Virus record (IMG/VR): IMGVR_UViG_3300025520_000140
Span: 1 to 58,594 of that record
Reading direction: 5' to 3' (one strand)
Length of the DNA stretch: 58,594 nt
Origin: a virus
Lineage: Duplodnaviria; Caudoviricetes
A program made the position numbers and the translations under genes. The notes beneath the pieces were generated by a model. The model searched no databases. It saw only the letters and a program-made list of their open reading frames with translations, and had not been told where the DNA came from. Shown piece after piece: positions 28,878 through 38,670 of the stretch (position 1 is its first letter; every line of letters begins with the position of its first letter).

Positions 28878-29234
28878 CTACCGTCCCCAGCGTCCACCTT
28901 CACGGGCGGTGATCTCCGAATGGCAGGAAGTACACAAAGCCGTGAGGTTGTCGTCGTCGTTGGTGCCGCCTTGCGCGAGTGGCTTGATATGGTGGACTTC
29001 CTGCGTTGGCGTTACCCGTCCCTGCTCTAAGCAGCGTTCGCAGAGTGGATGAGCCGCGCGGTAGCGGTCGCGCACCTTCCGCCACGTCCGTCCGTAGAGC
29101 TTGCGCGTCGCCGGGTTGCGTTGGTAGCGTTCGTATCGTCTTGCTTCCTGCTTGGTATGCTCCTCGCAAAACTGGCCATCCGTCAGCTTGGGACAGCCGG
29201 GATGGGAGCAGGGCCGCTTGGGCTTAAGGGGCAT
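28878..29234 (-). CDS. HNH endonuclease (packaging-associated)
   Basis: CERC...VHH..PL..GG....NL..LC.SCH. Confidence 0.92.
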   Translation of the reverse strand: MPLKPKRPCSHPGCPKLTDGQFCEEHTKQEARRYERYQRNPATRKLYGRTWRKVRDRYRAAHPLCERCLEQGRVTPTQEVHHIKPLAQGGTNDDDNLTALCTSCHSEITAREGGRWGR

Positions 29235-29330
29235 CGGGTCACCTCATTTTCGGCAAAGTAAAAGGACGCCCACGGTGTGACGAGCGCCCTCTCAGATATT
29301 TTGCTATTCTAATGCTATCAAACTTTTGGT

Positions 29331-29357
29331 GTGACATTCAACAGATTATAGTGACAT
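29331..29357 (-). promoter_or_regulatory. ATGTCAC direct repeats, candidate late-activator binding site
   Basis: GTGACAT at 29331 and 29351 (20-bp period) at the 3' end of the activator gene, upstream of a TAGAAT -10-like box. Confidence 0.55.
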
Positions 29358-29766
29358 CTTTTACCCGCTCCGAGCAGGCGGCTAACGCTTCACCGTGTAT
29401 TCGGTGAACGTGGCGTACGCTGCAATGAAAATCCGCCGCGATTTCATCCCATGTCTTGAAGCAGAGATAGCGCAGTTCCAGGAGCACCCTGTAATCTGGG
29501 CTGTTCAAAGAACGGATAGCATTCGCAATGTCCCGCTTCAAGTCGACGAGCCTGTCGATGTCTAAGTTTATTTCATTCTCCAGATCCAGCATTTTGGCGA
29601 TGATCTCCTCCATGCGGTGGACATTGCGCGTCTCGCTCGGCGGTGTCGGCGAGAGAGTGGAGGTGGCTTTGGCGGCGAGCTCCCGAAGTGTTCTTACCTG
29701 CTCTAATTTTGCGTCTATAAGGCGGTTTATCCGCCGCGTTTGGGCCAAGTATTCCTTAACCGTCAT
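29338..29766 (-). CDS. Late transcription activator (RinA/ArpU/DUF1492-like)
   Basis: KEYL...LLELRY...W.EIA......R.VHR.H..AL; last gene before the packaging module. Confidence 0.8.
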   Translation of the reverse strand: MTVKEYLAQTRRINRLIDAKLEQVRTLRELAAKATSTLSPTPPSETRNVHRMEEIIAKMLDLENEINLDIDRLVDLKRDIANAIRSLNSPDYRVLLELRYLCFKTWDEIAADFHCSVRHVHRIHGEALAACSERVKDVTIIC

Positions 29767-29978
29767 AAGCTCCGCCTCCTTTCCCCAAGCTCACACCCTG
29801 TCCAAGTTATCCGCAACCGCTTGTCGCCATTTGGCGTGATGTTTAGCAGGCACCTGTGATACTCGCTTTTATCGTTGCCGCACTGGAAAGCCGTCCATGC
29901 CCTGCTGCTAGCCGATTCGTCGGGACGCGCGAACCTGCAAGCCGCGCATCTGATACGTTCTGTTGTTGCTTCGCTCAT
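29763..29978 (-). CDS. Small Cys-rich hypothetical protein
   Basis: GGAGG RBS; CAAC plus further Cys; ATGA coupling to the next gene. Confidence 0.65.
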   Translation of the reverse strand: MSEATTERIRCAACRFARPDESASSRAWTAFQCGNDKSEYHRCLLNITPNGDKRLRITWTGCELGERRRSL

Positions 29979-30057
29979 AAGCCTACCTCCGATTCGGTTT
30001 TGTTTCCCTCGGATTGGCAGCTCTTGGCTTTAGCTGTCGTTTATTTACTCCGTAGGT

Positions 30058-31416
30058 TTACAAATTTGCCTTAACCGCCTCAATCAGGGCGGTCTGGGTT
30101 TTGTCCTTTCGCTTGAGGGCGGCCATGACCTGTTCGTCAATCGTCTCTTTGGCGATGATATGGTGGATAACCACCGTATCCTTCTGGCCCTGCCGCCAGA
30201 GCCGGGCGCCTGTCTGCTGGTAGAGTTCCAGGCTCCAGGTAAGCCCGAACCATATGAGGGTTGAGCCGCCGACCTGCAGGTTCAGCCCATGCCCGGCGGC
30301 AGCGGGGTGGATGACCGCCACCGGGATGTCGCCGTCATTCCACCGTCTAATGGAGTCGGCGCTGTCCAGCTTTTCCGCGGGGAACCGCTCCAGTATCCGC
30401 GCCAGGTCGTGCTTGAACCAGTAGGCGATTAAAACGGGCTTGCCGTTCGCTGCCTCAATCAGATCTTCCAGCGCGTCCAGCTTGCGGTCGTGGATGTGGT
30501 GGACTTCGCCATCGTCGCCGTAGACCGCGCCGTTCGCTATCTGGCAGAGCTTCCCTGACAGGGCGGCGGCGTTGGCGGCGGTCACTTCGTCGCCCGACAG
30601 TCTCAGCACCAAGTCCTGCCGTAGCTCGTCATACCGCTCCCGCTCTTTGTCCGACAGCCGAACGGGGTGCTCGGCGGTCACCAGTTCCGGCATTTGTATA
30701 TGGTCGGTGGACTTCATGGATATAGTGATGTCGGCGATTTTGCCGTAGATGTTCCTTTCGGCGTTGGGCAGGGGTTTGTAGCTATAGACGACCTGACCGT
30801 TTCGCTTATCGGGCAGGAAGTACGCCGCCCTGTACTGCCCGATGAACCGCCCCAGCCGCTGACCCATGTCGAGTAGCCGAAACTCAGCCCACAAATCCAT
30901 CAGCCCGTTGCTGCTCGGCGTTCCCGTCAGCCCTACGACGCGCCTTACCTTGGGGCGGACCTTCATCAAAGACCGGAACCTTTTTGACTGGTGGTTCTTG
31001 AAAGACGAGAGTTCGTCCGCCACCACCATGTCGTAGTCGAATGGCAGCCCGCTTTCCTCGATGAGCCATTGGACGTTCTCGCGGTTGATGATGTAGATGT
31101 CGGCTTTGGCTTTGAGCGCCGCTTTCCGCTCCGTTTCGCTTCCGATAGCAACTGAACATTGCAGAAAGTGCAGATGGCTCCATTTTTTAATCTCATCTAC
31201 CCATATAATCCCGACGCGGAGAGGACAAATAACCAGAACTTTGTGTACCTCGAAGCTGTCAAACAACAGATCCAAGAGGGCAGTCAGGGTGATAACCGTC
31301 TTGCCAAGCCCCATAGACAGTAAGATTGCGCTCACGGTATTTGTTTTTATAAATTCAACGCCATATCTCTGATAATCGTGAAGGTCAGCCCTTGCTAATA
31401 AGCCTTCCATTTGCAC
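30058..31416 (-). CDS. SNF2-family helicase
   Basis: MGLGKT, DELS, LTGTP, AGHGLNLQ, RLWRQGQ. Confidence 0.93.
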   Translation of the reverse strand: MQMEGLLARADLHDYQRYGVEFIKTNTVSAILLSMGLGKTVITLTALLDLLFDSFEVHKVLVICPLRVGIIWVDEIKKWSHLHFLQCSVAIGSETERKAALKAKADIYIINRENVQWLIEESGLPFDYDMVVADELSSFKNHQSKRFRSLMKVRPKVRRVVGLTGTPSSNGLMDLWAEFRLLDMGQRLGRFIGQYRAAYFLPDKRNGQVVYSYKPLPNAERNIYGKIADITISMKSTDHIQMPELVTAEHPVRLSDKERERYDELRQDLVLRLSGDEVTAANAAALSGKLCQIANGAVYGDDGEVHHIHDRKLDALEDLIEAANGKPVLIAYWFKHDLARILERFPAEKLDSADSIRRWNDGDIPVAVIHPAAAGHGLNLQVGGSTLIWFGLTWSLELYQQTGARLWRQGQKDTVVIHHIIAKETIDEQVMAALKRKDKTQTALIEAVKANL

Positions 31417-31687
31417 ATCTCACCTCATTAAGAATTTGTTGTATCTGCCCTTCATCGTCCAAGACGTAGACTTTGAACCCCAGCCGCCGGAGCAGCCCAT
31501 GTCTAGCTTCTTGCAATGGGCTGGGCTTCTCCCCGTGCCGCTTGACTTCCACAAAAGCTATTTTATTCGGCAGAAGCACAAGGCGGTCAGGCATCCCATC
31601 GAAGCCCGGGCTTATGAATTTGGGCGCGATACCGCCCATCGCCCTTACTGCTTGGACAAGTTTCCGCTCTATGGTTTTCTCTCTCAT
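31385..31687 (-). CDS. VRR-NUC domain nuclease
   Basis: G.PDR.VL...FVEVK. Confidence 0.9.
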   Translation of the reverse strand: MREKTIERKLVQAVRAMGGIAPKFISPGFDGMPDRLVLLPNKIAFVEVKRHGEKPSPLQEARHGLLRRLGFKVYVLDDEGQIQQILNEVRCANGRLISKG

Positions 31688-31884
31688 GTCGACCTCCGTT
31701 TTTGTGTTGCCCAACTTGCCGTTTTTCCCTATAGACCTTACGCGCGCGTATTACGCATGCCTGTTTCTCTTTTTACTATAAAAATAAGATTTAATAAGGA
31801 ATTTATAGGCATATGGGCAATTTGCAGCCACATAACGCCGATTTATAAAGGGCTTGCGACTTTGCCGATGTCGTTGCCGAAGCC

Positions 31885-34230
31885 TCAATCGTCAATGCTG
31901 AGCACGCAATCTGCTCTGATAAAGACTTGTTGGGGTCCATACATAGGCACATAGCGTTTGCCCGTTTTGCCGCCACTGAACTTAACCCACCCTCCGAGCC
32001 TGTTCAGGATGCTTTGGATTTCGTAGGAGTCGGCCTTCTTGATGGATTCGCGGGACTTCCCGAAGCACTCGCACCAGATTTCCATCACGCAAACCTGGCT
32101 CCTGCGGATGTTGCCCTTCGCCCCCGTGGGGTCGCCTGGGGAGCGGATATATTCCAGCCTGCGGTAGATGTCCATCGCATCCCAGTTTTCAGGGAGCAGG
32201 GCGTCGAGGTATTCGGCGACAAGCCCCTCGCGGTCGTCATTCTCCATCGCGTCCCGCTGCTCGGCGAAAGCCGCCGCAAGCGTATCGCCTGTTAGGAACA
32301 GTTCCTCGCCGCCTTGGTGTTTAACAAGGGCTTCCGCCCAAATCTGGTCTATATCCGTGAGCTCCCAAGCGTTGTATTTGCCTTCGCCTGACACCCGCAC
32401 GGGCCAGAAGCGGCGGTTGCCGGTGATGTCGCGCAGGAAACCGCCGTCCGAGTTGGTCGTGCCGACGATGATGCACTGGCGGGGGTGGCTCTCGACCGCA
32501 CGGCCGTATGAGGGGCGGTACTTGTCGTCCACGCGGGTTATAAAGGACTTCACGGTCTCCACATCCATCTTCTTGATGCCCGCGAGTTCCCCAAGCTCCA
32601 GTATCCAGTAGCCCTGCAGCTTCTCCGGCGCGGTCTTGTCCTTCATGTCCGATATGGAAAGGCTGTCGGAGTACCATTGCTGGCCTAGTTTTGAGAATAA
32701 CGTGGACTTCCCGATGCCCTGCTTGCCGTTCAGCACAAGGATGGAGTCGAGCTTCGCGCCCGGATTCAAGATTCTCGCCACCGCCGCCACGAGCGTCTTT
32801 CGGGTAACGGCTCTGACGTAAGGCGTGTCCTCCGCGCCGAGGTAGTCGATGAGCAGGGTGTCGATCCGGGGGATCGTGTCCCATGCGGGGAGGGCGCCGA
32901 GGTATTCACGGATAGGATGGTAAGCGCGGTCATCGGCGACCTTGGTGAGGGCAAGCTCGTAGTTGCGCGCCGAGAACGCGCCGTAGCGTTTGTCGATGCA
33001 GGCCACAAGCTGGGCGGTGTCGGCGTCCCGCCAAGGCGGGTGCGGCCGCTCCCACGGCAGCTTATCCCCGTATATCTGGTTGGCTAGCCGGTTGTGGCGG
33101 ATGCCCGCGAAGTCTTCGTCGTTATTTAAGATAAGGAGCAGATTGCCCAGGGTGTTGGACAATACGCCGCTTTTCTCGCGGGCAAGCAGGGACTTCCAGT
33201 CGCCGCTCCTGTCAAAGTCCTTTTCGGCGGCGGCGATCCGCTCCTCGGCGAGCAACAGCTTTACTTTTTCGTCCTTCACGGCAAACTCGCTCATCGCCTT
33301 GAAGCCCGCCTTCTCGTCAAGGTCAGGGAATCTGTGGATACGGACGAGGTCAAAGGCATTCAGCAGCCGGCCGCAGGCGGGGTCGGTGGCATGGTGGGAA
33401 TACGCCCACTTTCCCTCGTACAGCACAACGCCCGCTGAGCTGTCGGCGGGGATGTAGTCGTAGCGGCCGCTTATCGCCGACGGCTCGTATACGTCGGGAA
33501 GGAACGCCGCGATTACGTCCTCTATCGGGTATGCGCGGCAGAAAGCCCCGACCAAGCCTTCCTTGGCGAGCGGGTCTTGCTGCTGGCGGATGCTCCGCTG
33601 GATTACCTCGGACTGGCGGCTTGACGTAGGCCAGAGCGAGCAGTCCCGCCAGTCGGACAGTTTTAAGAGGTATGCGTCGGGATCGAGGGTGTTGCCGTCG
33701 ATTATTTTGAAGATATATTCCCCGTCCGAGGGCGTGGACGGCCAGTACATCAGGCGTTCCGGCTCGTAGGTGCTGTCGTCGAAATAGTCCATGCCGACGA
33801 CCTCCGCCACCAGCCGGGAGAGTGCGGCGTATTCATCCGGCGAAACCTCGCGGGCAAGCGGGATAACTACACGAAGCCGCGGTTCCTCCGGCGTGTGGCT
33901 GTGGGTGGAGTAGACCGCGCACCTGTGCGGGAACAGCATCTCCAGAGCATGGATAAAACTGCTATCGGCGTGGTCTGCGTCGAGGGTGATCCCCGAACGG
34001 CTCTCGACCGTGTCTTTCTTGCGCCTGCCGCCCTTGAGGTGCCCGAGGACGTAGCCGCCCACGTCCTTGGCGGCGTCGCGCTTATCTTTGGTGAATTTCT
34101 TGTATTCGGCGACCGTCTCGGTTGTGCGGCGGGTAACCTTGAAACGCTCGCATAACTCATCGAAGGTGGTTTTCTTGTTGACCCACCGCTTTGACAGGCG
34201 GCTGTCGCCGTATGCGATTTTAAGTTCCAT
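31885..34230 (-). CDS. VapE-family primase-helicase (replication protein)
   Basis: TLDAD, YSTHSH primase-like N-terminus; GKQGIGKS Walker A; GTTN, DITGNRRFWP. Confidence 0.9.
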   Translation of the reverse strand: MELKIAYGDSRLSKRWVNKKTTFDELCERFKVTRRTTETVAEYKKFTKDKRDAAKDVGGYVLGHLKGGRRKKDTVESRSGITLDADHADSSFIHALEMLFPHRCAVYSTHSHTPEEPRLRVVIPLAREVSPDEYAALSRLVAEVVGMDYFDDSTYEPERLMYWPSTPSDGEYIFKIIDGNTLDPDAYLLKLSDWRDCSLWPTSSRQSEVIQRSIRQQQDPLAKEGLVGAFCRAYPIEDVIAAFLPDVYEPSAISGRYDYIPADSSAGVVLYEGKWAYSHHATDPACGRLLNAFDLVRIHRFPDLDEKAGFKAMSEFAVKDEKVKLLLAEERIAAAEKDFDRSGDWKSLLAREKSGVLSNTLGNLLLILNNDEDFAGIRHNRLANQIYGDKLPWERPHPPWRDADTAQLVACIDKRYGAFSARNYELALTKVADDRAYHPIREYLGALPAWDTIPRIDTLLIDYLGAEDTPYVRAVTRKTLVAAVARILNPGAKLDSILVLNGKQGIGKSTLFSKLGQQWYSDSLSISDMKDKTAPEKLQGYWILELGELAGIKKMDVETVKSFITRVDDKYRPSYGRAVESHPRQCIIVGTTNSDGGFLRDITGNRRFWPVRVSGEGKYNAWELTDIDQIWAEALVKHQGGEELFLTGDTLAAAFAEQRDAMENDDREGLVAEYLDALLPENWDAMDIYRRLEYIRSPGDPTGAKGNIRRSQVCVMEIWCECFGKSRESIKKADSYEIQSILNRLGGWVKFSGGKTGKRYVPMYGPQQVFIRADCVLSIDD

Positions 34231-34645
34231 GCCCCAACACCTCGCATTTGTGGTTAAAGTATTTGATGGGCATCCCGCGCTTCTTCGCCTTGGCGATTTC
34301 GGCGGCCATGCCTGTGCTGATTTTCTCCCCAAAAACCCAGAGCTCGTCGCACTTGCCGAGCAGGACGAGGGCAAAGAACAACCCCAGTTCCCGTTCTTCC
34401 TTGTCGCCGTCGTCCATAAACTGCGGGTAGAGCAAGTGCGGGGCAAGAGGGATGCACCCTTTGGACACGGCGAAGCGGCAATACCCCCGCGCCTTAGATA
34501 TGTTGTATTCCGTTTCCCCGGCAAAGGGCGAAGCGATGTATACAAGCGGCCGGTATTGCTTTGCCGGGGTTTCGGTTTTGGCTACCGCCGTCAACGCTTC
34601 ATAAGCCGTCAGGTCAAGGTAGCCTTCTGCGTTATATCTGTCCAT
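34220..34645 (-). CDS. DUF4406-like phage protein
   Basis: VYIASPF.G, APHL.YPQF, CDELWVFG..IS.GM..EI. Confidence 0.75.
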   Translation of the reverse strand: MDRYNAEGYLDLTAYEALTAVAKTETPAKQYRPLVYIASPFAGETEYNISKARGYCRFAVSKGCIPLAPHLLYPQFMDDGDKEERELGLFFALVLLGKCDELWVFGEKISTGMAAEIAKAKKRGMPIKYFNHKCEVLGHGT

Positions 34646-35414
34646 CGCGACCCCTTTCCCCAAGGAAGAGGTTGATGAAATATTGCTGCCCCTTACCCGT
34701 GACCTTGGTCGTTTTACTGATGGTGACGTGGCCGTCCGAGTGCGTGATGGCGGTTTCTTTGACCTTGAACAGCCCCAGTTCCATCGCTCTCTGGGTCGGG
34801 GCGTTGTAATCCGTACCCTTTCGCTTGATGAGGTAACCGTCCTGACGGAGCCTTTCAAAAAGGCGGTTCTGCCCGATTTCGATTCCGTTGCCCTTGAGGA
34901 TTTTTGCCAATTCACCGATAAGGATCGTACCCTCGGATACGGAAACGGCATCGGCAAATATCACCTTTGGCTTGTTTTCGATAGCTTCCAGCTGCAATCG
35001 TTCCTTTGCCGCGCGTTCTTCTTTAAGGGCGGTCAGCACTTTAATCCAAGCGTCGGGGTCGTTCATCAATTCCTCCAGCTTGGCGGGGGTGACATACGCG
35101 CCATGCCTGCGGATGGCTGGAAGCACCTCGTGGGTGACCCAACGCTTGAATTTTTTGGCTTCGGGCTTGTCGGAACGGAGGATGACGTTGTAGAGGCCGC
35201 TCTCGTTCACGGCGTACATTTCGCGGGCCTGTCCGCCTGACACGAATTTGACTCGGGTCAGCTCATCGCCGTCCAAACGTTCCGCCACCTTGTTCGTGTC
35301 CGACAGCCCAAGCACATCGCACACATCCTTCAGCACCCAGAGCGTTTCGTCGCCTTGGCGTACTGTTCTTACGTCGTTCCCTTTATAGGAGAAAACTTGC
35401 AGTTCGCTGCTCAT
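34632..35414 (-). CDS. Antirepressor (BRO-N plus ANT/KilAC)
   Basis: VNESGLY.VI.RS.KPEAK.FK.WVT.EVLP.IR; KVTGKGQ.YF. Confidence 0.92.
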   Translation of the reverse strand: MSSELQVFSYKGNDVRTVRQGDETLWVLKDVCDVLGLSDTNKVAERLDGDELTRVKFVSGGQAREMYAVNESGLYNVILRSDKPEAKKFKRWVTHEVLPAIRRHGAYVTPAKLEELMNDPDAWIKVLTALKEERAAKERLQLEAIENKPKVIFADAVSVSEGTILIGELAKILKGNGIEIGQNRLFERLRQDGYLIKRKGTDYNAPTQRAMELGLFKVKETAITHSDGHVTISKTTKVTGKGQQYFINLFLGERGRDGQI

Positions 35415-35453
35415 AATAAACCTCCTGAAAATGTATTTTCGAGAGGTTAAGAA

Positions 35454-35495
35454 CCCCTCACCATCCACAGGACAGCGAGGGGCAGCTTGGCAACC
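35454..35495 (-). promoter_or_regulatory. Repeated motif B copy 2
   Basis: Upstream of the antirepressor/replication genes; identical core. Confidence 0.7.
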
Positions 35496-35501
35496 GAACC
35501 G

Positions 35502-37496
35502 TTAATCTTTTTTGTAAAATGGGCAATCAAACCCATCGGCAAGGAGCAGGAGCCCCTTCGCCCACGGCGGCGTCCGGCTCATTTGCCGGCAGAGAGCCTT
35601 GGTGGACATCCTTTTGTCGGCTTCGATCACAATCTCATCGTGGACGTGCATCACGATGGAACAGTGGCGAAGCGTCCGCATGGCGTAAGCGAGGATATCG
35701 CGGCTCGTCGCTTGTACGATGTTCTCCACAAATTTGGGGCCGTAGCTTTCGATCCGTTCCCATTTCTTTGTGCCGCCGACGCCCTCGTAGGTCACGCAGT
35801 CCGAGCCGAACCGGTTTGTGCCGCTGCGGGGCTTGACGTAGCAGAGCCGTCTGCCGGAAGGAAGGGTGATGAACAGCATCCCGCTCTGATAGCCGAAGCG
35901 GATGCCGTGGGTTTCGGTAACCGTCCTGTCCCTGACCGCCGTCATGGCGGCGCGGTCAACGTCCCACCAGAACCGCACGATGTTCGGGTTGGATGCCCGC
36001 CAAGCCGTGACGAGCGGGCGCAGTTCATCCTCCGACAAGCCCATCTCCAGCGCGCCCATCGCTTTGAGCGCGCCGACCGAGCCGCCGTAGCCAAGGGCGA
36101 GTTCGGCGATTTTGCCCTTCTGCCGGAGCAGGCTGCCCTTAGTGACGGCCTCAAGCGGCACATTAAACATCTGGCTTGCCGACGCTTCATAGATTTTGCC
36201 GTGGGTGGCAAACACCTCGTTACGCCAATGCTCGCCCGCAAGCCATGCAATAACACGTGCTTCAATCGCCGAGAAATCAGCGACGATTAGCTTGTGGCCG
36301 TTTTTCGGCACAAACGCCGTGCGAATTAACTGGGAAAGGACATCGGGAATGTTTTCGTAGAGCAGCTCAAGGGCGGCGAAGTCTCCATTTCTGACAAGGC
36401 TCCGCGCTTGTTCGAGGTCTGATAAGTGGTTCTGAGGGAGGTTTTGCAACTGTATAAGCCGCCCCGCCCATCTCCCAGTCCGGTTCGCCCCGTAGAACAA
36501 AAACATCCCCCTTGCCCGACCATCGGCACAAACGCAACTTTGCATAGCTTGATACTTCTTAACTGACGATTTTGCCAGCTGCTGACGGAGAGCCAGCGCT
36601 TTAGCGAGCGGCTCCGGCGCATCCTTGAGCAGTTCCGCGACCGCCTTTTTGCCGAGGGTATCTGTCTCCATGCCGTTGTCAGCGAGCCACTGCTTCATCT
36701 GCTGCACGGAGTTCGGGTTGTCAAGGTCGGTGAGTTCCTTCATCAGCCGGGTCAATTCGGCGCGGGAACGGGAATCCGCTTTGATGGCGCAGCGGACGAG
36801 CGTCATATCCAAGGCCACGCCACGGTCGTTTATTTCCTGGTCGAGGGCATACTCATCCCAAATGGAATCCGGCACGGGGAACTTGGCGAGTCTCTCTTGA
36901 ATAGACAGTTCCGCTTCCACATCGCGGCGGTTGTATGCTTTGAACGCTTCCCATTTTTCGGGGTCGTGTTCTGGGAGGTTGCGTGTTCGCTGCCCGCCCG
37001 CGGCGGTTGGCTTGCAGGGCGAGCAGAAATAGCGGATGAGTTCCTTGCCTTCGGTCAGCTTCTGTTTTTCAAGCCCCAGCACCGCGCCCGCGCCTTCAAG
37101 CGAGAGCGGCAGCCCCATGTACGCCGACCATACCATCGCGCAGCGCCACGATTTGGGGTTTAGGTATTTCGCCTTGCCAAGGACAACGGCGGAATGGTGG
37201 TTGTCGGCGAAGTGGTCAAGGCATATGCCCATGTCCGACAGATACCGCGACAGGCAGACCCGCTCGAAGTTGGCGTTGAACGCCCATTTCTCTACGGTAT
37301 CGTCCGTCAATGCGTCGAGTACTTCGGCAGGAACGGTCTCGCCGTTTGCAAGGTCAACGATATGAACCTCGCCGCCGTCCACGGAATAACCAAAAAGCAG
37401 AATTTCAAAGTCATCTGCCTCAGCGTATTTGTATGTGCCACATTTGGCAAGGTCTACTGACGAGAATGTTTCCAAATCCAGGCTAAGTGTTATCAC
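35502..37496 (-). CDS. Family A DNA polymerase with 3'-5' exonuclease
   Basis: DLET exonuclease motif, RTGRW, ADFSAIEARV, KIAELALGYG, HVHDE; GTG start after AAGGAGG. Confidence 0.95.
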   Translation of the reverse strand: MITLSLDLETFSSVDLAKCGTYKYAEADDFEILLFGYSVDGGEVHIVDLANGETVPAEVLDALTDDTVEKWAFNANFERVCLSRYLSDMGICLDHFADNHHSAVVLGKAKYLNPKSWRCAMVWSAYMGLPLSLEGAGAVLGLEKQKLTEGKELIRYFCSPCKPTAAGGQRTRNLPEHDPEKWEAFKAYNRRDVEAELSIQERLAKFPVPDSIWDEYALDQEINDRGVALDMTLVRCAIKADSRSRAELTRLMKELTDLDNPNSVQQMKQWLADNGMETDTLGKKAVAELLKDAPEPLAKALALRQQLAKSSVKKYQAMQSCVCADGRARGMFLFYGANRTGRWAGRLIQLQNLPQNHLSDLEQARSLVRNGDFAALELLYENIPDVLSQLIRTAFVPKNGHKLIVADFSAIEARVIAWLAGEHWRNEVFATHGKIYEASASQMFNVPLEAVTKGSLLRQKGKIAELALGYGGSVGALKAMGALEMGLSEDELRPLVTAWRASNPNIVRFWWDVDRAAMTAVRDRTVTETHGIRFGYQSGMLFITLPSGRRLCYVKPRSGTNRFGSDCVTYEGVGGTKKWERIESYGPKFVENIVQATSRDILAYAMRTLRHCSIVMHVHDEIVIEADKRMSTKALCRQMSRTPPWAKGLLLLADGFDCPFYKKD

Positions 37497-38016
37497 AGGC
37501 GAGCAACCTCCTTTCAGCATTGATTCTGGCGGACACAGCATCATCCAGTTCTTTATACCAGCCGATATAATGATGAGTTCGGTTATGGCTAATGGTAACT
37601 TGGTAACCGCCGCTATGCGCACCAACACCAGCAACGCCAGTCTTGTTGTCAGAGCGTAAAGGTCGCCTAAAGTCAGTGCGCCCGTTCCTGTAGGCGTGTT
37701 CAAAATTGTCGCTTCGCGTGACCCATTCCAAGTTGGATGCGTGGTTATTGGTTTTGTCGAGGTCTATGTGGTTGACTTCGCGGCGGGCATTGTCGGGTGG
37801 AGCAAGGAAACAAAGAGCCACGAGACGGTGAATGTAGAAACGCCGCTTTTCACCGTCTTTGCAGAGGGTGACAGCGCGGTATCCCTTTCCCGCTCTTTTG
37901 TTTGTGAGTATTCTATTGTGATGGACACTCCAAATGCGACCGCAGCTGCTGGCTTGGTATCGTCCCTCATAGCCGGGTATGTCTTTCCATATTTCAGTTT
38001 TCATAAGCGTTTTCAT
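37483..38016 (-). CDS. NUMOD4-HNH-AP2-like homing endonuclease
   Basis: WKDIPGYEG.YQ.S..GR; IHRLVA...VNHID..K.NN..SNLEW; NKTGVAGV...IG.Y...A..AR..AE. Confidence 0.88.
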   Translation of the reverse strand: MKTLMKTEIWKDIPGYEGRYQASSCGRIWSVHHNRILTNKRAGKGYRAVTLCKDGEKRRFYIHRLVALCFLAPPDNARREVNHIDLDKTNNHASNLEWVTRSDNFEHAYRNGRTDFRRPLRSDNKTGVAGVGAHSGGYQVTISHNRTHHYIGWYKELDDAVSARINAERRLLACDNT

Positions 38017-38035
38017 AAGCCCCCCATAGCGTGAA

Positions 38036-38060
38036 AGGGCGGCAAGTTTCTCGCCGCCCT
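38036..38060. terminator. GC-rich hairpin between SSB and HNH genes
   Basis: AGGGCGGC-N9-GCCGCCCT. Confidence 0.55.
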
Positions 38061-38082
38061 CCGCTTTTTCGTATCCCGCCGT

Positions 38083-38670
38083 TTAACTGAGGAAGTCCTC
38101 TTCGTCGTAGGTGGCGAAGTCGTCCTCGGCGCGGGATTTGCCGCCGAGGGGTTCGCCGTCGCGGATTTTCTGCAGGTTGTTCAGCCCGCAGGCGATGCCC
38201 TTGTTGCCATTCGAGTTGAAGGCGTAGAAGTTCACGCTCGCCCTGCCGTATACGCCACTGTACACCTCCGAGCGGTTCAGGATTTCCTGGCGGTCGGCGT
38301 CCACGATGCCAGGCGCGGTCGCGCTGTTGGCGTTGATGAAGTAAGCATTGGCGTAGGCGGGGTCGTCGGGGCGTTCGGTGTCGCCGTCGCGGAGCGGGGT
38401 CTTAAGGGCGGCGAGGGGCGGTACGGACTTGCCGTTGCCCTTCAGTTTAGCCTCGCCCTCGCGGTAGGCCGCTTCAATCGCCGCCTTGACTTTAGCGACT
38501 GTCTTGGTATCGGACTTTGGGATGATGAGCGACACCGAGAACTTCGGCGTGCCGCCGTTTATGGATTTCGCTTCCCACACGTTGGCGTAAGACCAGCGGG
38601 TGTCGGGGCCGGTAATGACCTTCATGGGGTTGGAAGCCTGCTTATTTACGTTGTTTGCCTGGTTAGCCAT
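38083..38670 (-). CDS. DUF2815 / gp2.5-like single-stranded DNA-binding protein
   Basis: PLRDGD, VYSGVY.R.S, GIACGLNN.QK..DG; acidic C-terminus. Confidence 0.88.
   Translation of the reverse strand: MANQANNVNKQASNPMKVITGPDTRWSYANVWEAKSINGGTPKFSVSLIIPKSDTKTVAKVKAAIEAAYREGEAKLKGNGKSVPPLAALKTPLRDGDTERPDDPAYANAYFINANSATAPGIVDADRQEILNRSEVYSGVYGRASVNFYAFNSNGNKGIACGLNNLQKIRDGEPLGGKSRAEDDFATYDEEDFLS

Noticed and set aside
28763-28880. cos site between HNH and terS
   Set aside because: The position is plausible for HK97-like packaging, but no cut site can be identified from sequence alone.
31885-34230. Virulence gene (VapE name)
   Set aside because: Motifs and context indicate a phage primase-helicase; nothing supports a virulence role.
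37483-38016. Group I intron in the polymerase gene
   Set aside because: The HNH lies upstream of the pol start; pol motifs are contiguous in one ORF.
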